Shown here in pieces: positions 56,001 through 64,000 of a stretch of DNA of 64,000 nucleotides. Origin of the DNA: the human T2T-CHM13v2.0 reference genome, Homo sapiens; NCBI RefSeq assembly GCF_009914755.1, contig NC_060925.1; one strand, given 5' to 3'. Each line of letters begins with the position of its first letter. Within the stretch, counting starts at the first letter, position 1. Below the pieces are notes generated by a model. It had not been told where the DNA came from and did no database searches. It saw nothing but the letters and a program-made list of their open reading frames with translations. Position numbers and translations under genes: made by a program.

Positions 56001-58559
56001 GAATGGAATCGAATAGAATTATGGAATGAAATCCAGTGTGATCATCATCGAATGGACCCGAATGGAATCATCATCCAACGGATGCTAATGGAATCAACAT
56101 CGAATGAATCAAATGGAAACACCATCGAATTGAAACGAATGGAATTACCATGAAATTGAAATGGATGGACTCATCATCGAATGGATTCGAATGGAATCAT
56201 CGAATAAAATTGATTGAAATCATCATCGAATGGAATCGAATGGATTCATTGAATGGAATCAGATGGAATCATCGAATGGACTGGAATGGAATCATTGAAT
56301 GGACTCGAAAGGGATCATGATTGAATGGAATTGAATGGAATCATCGAATGGTCTCGATTGGAATCATTATCAAATGGAATCGAATGGAATCACCGAATAG
56401 AATCGAATGGAACAATCATCGAATGGACTCAAATGGAATTATCCTCAAATGGAATCGAATGGAATTATCAAATGCAATCGAATGGAATTATCGAATGCAA
56501 TCGAATAGAATCATCGAATGGACTCGAATGGAATCATCGAATGGAATGGAATGGAACAGTCAATGAACTCGAATGGAATCATCATTGAATGGAATCGAAT
56601 GGAATCATCGAGTGGAATCGAATGGAATTATGATCAAATGGAATCGAATGTAATCATCATCAAATGGAATCAAAAATAACCATCATCAATTGGTAATGAA
56701 TGGAATTGTCATCAAATGGAATTCAAAGGAATTATCATCAAATGGAACCGAATGGAATCCTCATTGAATGGAAATGAAAGGGGTCATCATCTAATGGAAT
56801 TGCATGGAATCATCATCAAATGGAGTCGAATGGAATCATCATCAAATGGAATCTAATGGAATCATTGAACAGAATTGAATGGAATCGTCATCGAATGAAT
56901 TGAATGCAATCATCGAATGGTCTCGAATGGAATCATCTTCTAATGGAAAGGAATGGAATCATCGCATAGAATCGAATGGAATTATCATCGAATGGAATCG
57001 AATGGTATCAACACCAAACGGAAAAAAACGGAATTATGGAATGGAATCGAAGAGAATCTTCGAACGGACCCGAATGGAATCATCTAATGGAATGGAATGG
57101 AATAATCCATGGACTCGAATGCAATCATCATCGAATGGAATCAAATGGAATCATCGAATCGACTCGAATGGAATAATCATTGAACGGAATCGAATGGAAT
57201 CATCATCGGATGGAAACGAATGGAATCATCATCGAATGGAAATGAAAGGAGTCATCATCTAATGGAATTGCATGGAATCATCATAAAATGGATTCGAATG
57301 GAATCAACATCAAATGGAATCAAATGGAATCATTGAACGGAATTGAATGGAATCGTCATCGAATGAATTGAATGCAATCATCGAATGGTCTCGAATGGAA
57401 TCATCTTCAAATGGAATGGAATGGAATCATCGCATACAATCGAATGGAATTATCATCGAATGGAATCGAATGGAATCAACATCAAACGGAAAAAAACGGA
57501 ATTATCGAATGGAATCGAAGAGAATCATCGAATGGACCCGAATGGAAACATCTAATGGAATGGAATGGAATAATCCATCGACTCGAATGCAATCATCGTC
57601 AAATGGAATCGAATGGAATCATCGAATGGATTCGAATGGAATAATCATTGAACGGAATCGAATGGAATCATCATCGGATGGAAATGAATGGAATCATCAT
57701 CGAATGGAATCGAATAGAATTATGGAATGAAATCCAGTGTGATCATCATCGAATGGACCCGAATGGAATCATCATCCAACGGAAGCTAATGGAATCAACA
57801 TCGAATGAATCAAATGGAAACACCATCGAATTGAAACGAATGGAATTACCATGAAATTGAAATGGATGGACTCATCATCGAATGGATTCGAATGGAATCA
57901 TCGAATAAAATTGATTGAAATCATCATCGAATGGAATCGAATGGTATCATTGAATGGAATCGAATGGAATCATCATCAGATGGAAATGAATGGAATCGTC
58001 ATAGAATGGAATCGAATGGATTCATTGAATGGAATCATAATGAATCATCGAATGGACTGGAATGGAATCATTGAATGGACTCGAAAGGGATCATGATTGA
58101 ATGGAATTGAATGGAATCATCGAATGGTCTCGATTGGAATCATTATCAAATGGAATCGAATGGAATCACCGAATAGAATCGAATGGAACAATCATCGAAT
58201 GGACTCAAATGGAATTATCCTCAAATGGAATGGAATGGAATTATCGAATGCAATCGAATGGAATTATCGAATGCAATCGAATAGAATCATCGAATGGACT
58301 CGAATGGAATCATCGAATGGAATGGAATGGAACAGTCAATGAACTCGAATGGAATCATCATTGAATGGAATCGAATGGAATCATCGAGTGGAATCGAATG
58401 GAATTATGATCAAATGGAATCGAATGTAATCATCATCAAATGGAATCAAAAATAACCATCATCAATTGGTATTGAATGGAATTGTCATCAAATGGAATTC
58501 AAAGGAATCATCATCAAATGGAACCGAATGGAATCCTCATTGAATGGAAATGAAAGGGG

Positions 58560-61500
58560 TCATCATCTAATGGAATCGCATGGAATCATCATCAAATGGA
58601 ATCGAATGGAATCATCATCAAATGGAATCTAATGGAATCATTGAAAAGAATTGAATGGAATCGTCATCGAATGAATTGAATGCAATCATCGAATGGTCTC
58701 GAATGGAATCATCTTCTAATGGAAAGGAATGGAATCATCGCATAGAATCGAATGGAATTATGATCGAATGGAATCGAATGGTATCAACACCAAACGGAAA
58801 AAAACGGAATTATCGAATGGAATCGAAGAGAATCTTCGAACGGACCCGAATGGAATCATCTAATGGAATGGAATGGAATAATCCATGGACTCGAATGCAA
58901 TCATCATCGAATGGAATCGAATGGAATCATCGAATGGACTTGAATGGAATAATCATTGAACGGAATCGATTGGAATCATCATCGGATGGAAACGAATGGA
59001 ATCATCATCGAATGGAAATGAAAGGAGTCATCATCTAATGGAATTGCATGGAATCATCATAAAATGGAATCGAATGGAATCAACATCAAATGGAATCAAA
59101 TGGAATCATTGAACGGAATTGAATGGAATCGTCATCGAATGAATTGACTGCAATCATCCAATGGTCTCGAATGGAATCATCTTCAAATGGAATGGAATGG
59201 AATCATCGCATAGAATCGAATGGAATTATCATCGAATGGAATCGAGTGGAATCAACATCCAACGGAAAAAAACGGAATTATCGAATGGAATCGAAGAGAA
59301 TCATCGAATGGACCCGAATGGAATCATCTAATGGAATGGAATGGAATAATCCATGGACTCGAATGCAATCATCATCGAATGGAATCGAATGGAATCATCG
59401 AATGGACTCGAATGGAATAATCATTGAACGGAATCGAATGGAATCATCATCGGATGGAAATGAATGGAATCATCATCGAATGGAATCGAATAGAATTATG
59501 GAATGAAATCCAGTGTGATCATCATCGAATGGACCCGAATGGAATCATCATCCAACGGAAGCTAATGGAATCAACATCGAATGAATCAAATTGAAACACC
59601 ATCGAATTGAAACGAATGGAATTATCATGAAATTGAAATGGATGGACTCATCATCGAATGGATTCGAATGGAATCATCGAATAAAATTGATTGAAATCAT
59701 CATCCAATGGAATCGAATGGTATCATTGAATGGAATCGAATGGAATCATCATCAGATGGAAATGAATGGAATCGTCATAGAATGGAATCGAATGGATTCA
59801 TTGAATGGAATCAGATGGAATCATCGAATGGACTGGAATGGAATCATTGAATGGACTCGAAAGGGATCATTATTGAATGGAATTGAATGGAATCATCGAA
59901 TGGTCTCGATTGGAATCATTATCAAATGGAATCGAATGGAATCACCGAATAGAATCGAATGGAACAATCATCGAATGGACTCAAATGGAATCATCCTCAA
60001 ATGGAATGGAATGGAATTATCGAATGCAATCGAATAGAATCATCGAATGGACTCGAATGGAATCATCGAATGGAATGGAATGGAACAGTCAATGAACTCG
60101 AATGGAATCATCATTGAATGGAATCGAATGGAATCATCGAGTGGAATCGAATGGAATTATGATCAAATGGAATCTAATGTAATAATCATCAAATGGAATC
60201 AAAAATAACCATCATCAATTGGTATTGAATGGAATTGTCATCAAATGGAATTCAAAGGAATCATCATCAAATGGAACCGAATGGAATCCTCATTGAATGG
60301 AAATGAAAGGGGTCATCATCTAATGGAATCGCATGGAATCATCATCAAATGGAATCGAATGGAATCATCATCAAATGGAATCTGATGGAATCATTGAACA
60401 GAATTGAATGGAATCGTCATCGAATGAATTGAATGCAATCATCGAATGGTCTCGAATGGAATCATCTTCTAATGGAAAGGAATGGAATCATCGCATAGAA
60501 TCGAATGGAATTAACATTGAATGGACTCGAATGGAATCAACATCAAACGGAATCAAGCGGAATTATCGAATGGAATCGAAGAGAATCATCGAATGGACTC
60601 GAATGGAATAATCTAATGGAATTGAATGGAATAATCCACGGACTCGAATGCAATCATCATCGTATAGAATCGAATGGAATCATCGAATGGACTCGAATGG
60701 AATAATCATTGAACGGAATCGAATGGAATCATCATCGGATGGAAACGAATGGAATCATCATCGAATGGAAATGAAAGGAGTCATCATCTAATGGAATTGC
60801 ATGGAATCATCATCAAATGGAATCGAATGGAATCAACAGCAAATGGAATCAAATGTAATCATTGAACGGAATTGAATGGAATCGTCATCCAATGAATGAA
60901 TGCAATCATCGAATGGTCTCGAATGCAATCATCTTCAAATGGAATGGAATGGAATCATCGCATAGAATCGAATGGAATTATCATCGAATGGAATCGAATG
61001 GTATCAACATCAAACGGAAAAAAACGGAATTATCGAATGAAATCGAATAGAATCATCGAATGGACCCGAATGGAATCATCTAATGGAATGGAATGGAATA
61101 ATCCACGGACTCGAATGCAATCATCGTCGAATGGAATCGAATGGAATCATCGAATGGACTCGAATGGAATAATCATTGAACAGAATCGAATGGAATCATC
61201 ATCGGATGGAAACGAATGGAATCATCATCGAATGGAAATGAAAGGAGTCATCATCTAATGGAATCGCATGGAATCATCATCAAATGGAATCGAATGGAAT
61301 CATCATCAAATGGAATCTAATGGAATCATTGAAAAGAATTGAATGGAATCGTCATCGAATGAATTGAATGCAATCATCGAATGGTCTCGAATGGAATCAT
61401 CTTCTAATGGAAAGGAATGGAATCATCGCATAGAATCGAATGGAATTATCATCGAATGGAATCGAATGGTATCAACACCAAACGGAAAAAAACGGAATTA

Positions 61501-63950
61501 TCGAATGGAATCGAAGAGAATCTTCGAACGGACCCGAATGGAATCATCTAATGGAATGGAATGGAATAATCCATGGACTCGAATGCAATCATCATCGAAT
61601 GGAATCGAATGGAATCATCGAATGGACTTGAATGGAATAATCATTGAACGGAATCGATTGGAATCATCATCGGATGGAAACGAATGGAATCATCATCGAA
61701 TGGAAATGAAAGGAGTCATCATCTAATGGAATTGCATGGAATCATCATAAAATGGAATCGAATGGAATCAACATCAAATGGAATCAAATGGAATCATTGA
61801 ACGGAATTGAATGGAATCGTCATCGAATGAATTGACTGCAATCATCCAATGGTCTCGAATGGAATCATCTTCAAATGGAATGGAATGGAATCATCGCATA
61901 GAATCGAATGGAATTATCATCGAATGGAATCGAATGGAATCAACATCCAACGGAAAAAAACGGAATTATCGAATGGAATCGAAGAGAATCATCGAATGGA
62001 CCCGAATGGAATCATCTAATGGAATGGAATGGAATAATCCATGGACTCGAATGCAATCATCATCGAATGGAATCGAATGGAATCATCGAATGGACTCGAA
62101 TGGAATAATCATTGAACGGAATCGAATGGAATCATCATCGGATGGAAATGAATGGAATCATCAACGAATGGAATCGAATAGAATTATGGAATGAAATCCA
62201 GTGTGATCATCATCGAATGGACCCGAATGGAATCATCATCCAACGGAAGCTAATGGAATCAACATCGAATGAATCAAATGGAAACACCATCGAATTGAAA
62301 CGAATGGAATTATCATGAAATTGAAATGGATGGACTCATCATCGAATGGATTCGAATGGAATCATCGAATAAAATTGATTGAAATCATCATCCAATGGAA
62401 TCGAATGGTATCATTGAATGGAATCGAATGGAATCATCATCAGATGGAAATGAATGGAATCGTCATAGAATGGAATCGAATGGATTCATTGAATGGAATC
62501 AGATGGAATCATCGAATGGACTGGAATGGAATCATTGAATGGACTCGAAAGGGATCATTATTGAATGGAATTGAATGGAATCATCGAATGGTCTCGATTG
62601 GAATCATTATCAAATGGAATCGAATGGAATCACCGAATAGAATCGAATGGAACAATCATCGAATGGACTCAAATGGAATCATCCTCAAATGGAATGCAAT
62701 GGAATTATCGAATGCAATCGAATAGAATCATCGAATGGACTCGAATGGAATCATCGAATGGAATGGAATGGAACAGTCAATGAACTCGAATGGAATCATC
62801 ATTGAATGGAATCGAATGGAATCATCGAGTGGAATCGAATGGAATTATGATCAAATGGAATCTAATGTAATAATCATCAAATGGAATCAAAAATAACCAT
62901 CATCAATTGGTATTGAATGGAATTGTCATCAAATGGAATTCAAAGGAATCATCATCAAATGGAACCGAATGGAATCCTCATTGAATGGAAATGAAAGGGG
63001 TCATCATCTAATGGAATCGCATGGAATCATCATCAAATGGAATCGAATGGAATCATCATCAAATGGAATCTGATGGAATCATTGAACAGAATTGAATGGA
63101 ATCGTCATCGAATGAATTGAATGCAATCATCGAATGGTCTCGAATGGAATCATCTTCTAATGGAAAGGAATGGAATCATCGCATAGAATCGAATGGAATT
63201 AACATTGAATGGACTCGAATGGAATCAACATCAAACGGAATCAAGCGGAATTATCGAATGGAATCGAAGAGAATCATCGAATGGACTCGAATGGAATAAT
63301 CTAATGGAATTGAATGGAATAATCCACGGACTCGAATGCAATCATCATCGTATAGAATCGAATGGAATCATCGAATGGACTCGAATGGAATAATCATTGA
63401 ACGGAATCGAATGGAATCATCATCGGATGGAAACGAATGGAATCATCATCGAATGGAAATGAAAGGAGTCATCATCTAATGGAATTGCATGGAATCATCA
63501 TCAAATGGAATCGAATGGAATCAACAGCAAATGGAATCAAATGTAATCATTGAACGGAATTGAATGGAATCGTCATCCAATGAATGAATGCAATCATCGA
63601 ATGGTCTCGAATGCAATCATCTTCAAATGGAATGGAATGGAATCATCGCATAGAATCGAATGGAATTATCATCGAATGGAATCGAATGGTATCAACATCA
63701 AACGGAAAAAAACGGAATTATCGAATGAAATCGAATAGAATCATCGAATGGACCCGAATGGAATCATCTAATGGAATGGAATGGAATAATCCACGGACTC
63801 GAATGCAATCATCGTCGAATGGAATCGAATGGAATCATCGAATGGACTCGAATGGAATAATCATTGAACAGAATCGAATGGAATCATCATCGGATGGAAA
63901 CGAATGGAATCATCATCGAATGGAAATGAAAGGAGTCATCATCTAATGGA
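58560..63950 (+). repeat. 2,688-bp tandem duplication
   Basis: Offsets of 2688 for 58655/61343, 59123/61811, 59877/62565, 60408/63096, 60896/63584. Shared variants GGACTTGAATG, ATCGATTGGAATCATC, CATCCAACGGAAAA, CAAATGTAATC. 2688 = 1776 - 23 + 468 + 467. Confidence 0.92.
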
Positions 63951-64000
63951 ATTGCATGGAATCATCATCAAATGGAATCGAATGGAATCAACATCAAATG

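Larger units (their letters stand above)
1..64000 (+). repeat. Human satellite II (HSat2/HSATII) tandem array, GGAAT-rich strand on +; probably the HSat2A 1.77-kb family (1q12-type pericentromeric heterochromatin)
   Basis: Seen: continuous GAATGGAATCATCATCGAATGGAATC-type 23/26-bp monomers (reverse complement of the HSat2 signature CATTCGATTC), dense TCGA, no unique sequence. Known: the CATTCGATTC motif distinguishes HSat2 from the purer (CATTC)n HSat3, and a ~1.77-kb EcoRI unit characterises the chr1 array. Chromosome assignment is inferred. Confidence 0.97.

Noticed and set aside
56775-56810. Apparent reciprocal hybrid AAAGGGGTC...GGAATTGC
   Set aside because: Downstream sequence stays A-type and spacing is canonical; a single CpG>TpG transition explains it.
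160-63946. Hundreds of 61-163 aa + strand ORFs (MESSSNG/IIEWNRME/NGIEWNHH type)
   Set aside because: They are translations of the satellite: GAATG supplies ATGs, overlapping frames give the same low-complexity peptides, lengths change with random substitutions, and there is no recognisable domain or gene structure. Database hits to similar hypothetical proteins would most likely be satellite contamination or mis-annotation.
1-64000. CRISPR-like array of short repeats
   Set aside because: No unique spacers between repeats, no leader and no cas genes; intervening sequence is itself degenerate GGAAT.
1-64000. HSat3 or telomere-like simple repeat
   Set aside because: Pure (GGAAT)n runs are only about 3 units long; the dominant ATCATCGAATGGAATCGAATGG pattern is HSat2. 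No TTAGGG arrays seen.
1-64000. Embedded Alu/L1/LTR insertion, unique island or inversion
   Set aside because: Reading through the window I saw no non-satellite sequence, no poly-A tail longer than the recurrent A7 in CGGAAAAAAACGG, and no CATTC-oriented segment on the + strand.

Overview
The whole 64 kb window is one uninterrupted, single-orientation array of human classical satellite II (HSat2/HSATII): diverged (GGAAT)n built from 23- and 26-bp monomers of the type GAATGGAATC(ATC)ATCGAATGGAATC, rich in TCGA. The canonical higher-order unit is 1,776 bp with one EcoRI site, matching the ~1.77-kb HSat2A repeat of the chromosome 1q12 pericentromeric block (chromosome assignment is an inference). 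I see no real genes, RNA genes, transposons, CRISPR arrays or inversions; all listed ORFs are by-products of the repeat. I found no previously undescribed gene system. The real structure is in the array's architecture. Unit lengths of 1776, 1308, 1126, 1578, 1948, 2120, 2564 and 2688 bp all derive arithmetically from the 1776-bp unit by gain or loss of a 468-bp sub-repeat plus indels of 10, 23, 26, 49, 75 and 640 bp. These variant units are re-amplified into nested repeats with periods of 3084, 3690, 5638 (x3) and 2688 bp, a 6.3-kb direct repeat at 7,330-bp offset, and long-range paralogous blocks at offsets of 10.5, 23.6, 30.3 and 40.8 kb. Several crossover junctions can be narrowed to about 18-60 bp. 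Offsets were read by eye from ORF-track landmarks and diagnostic variants, not from computed alignments.
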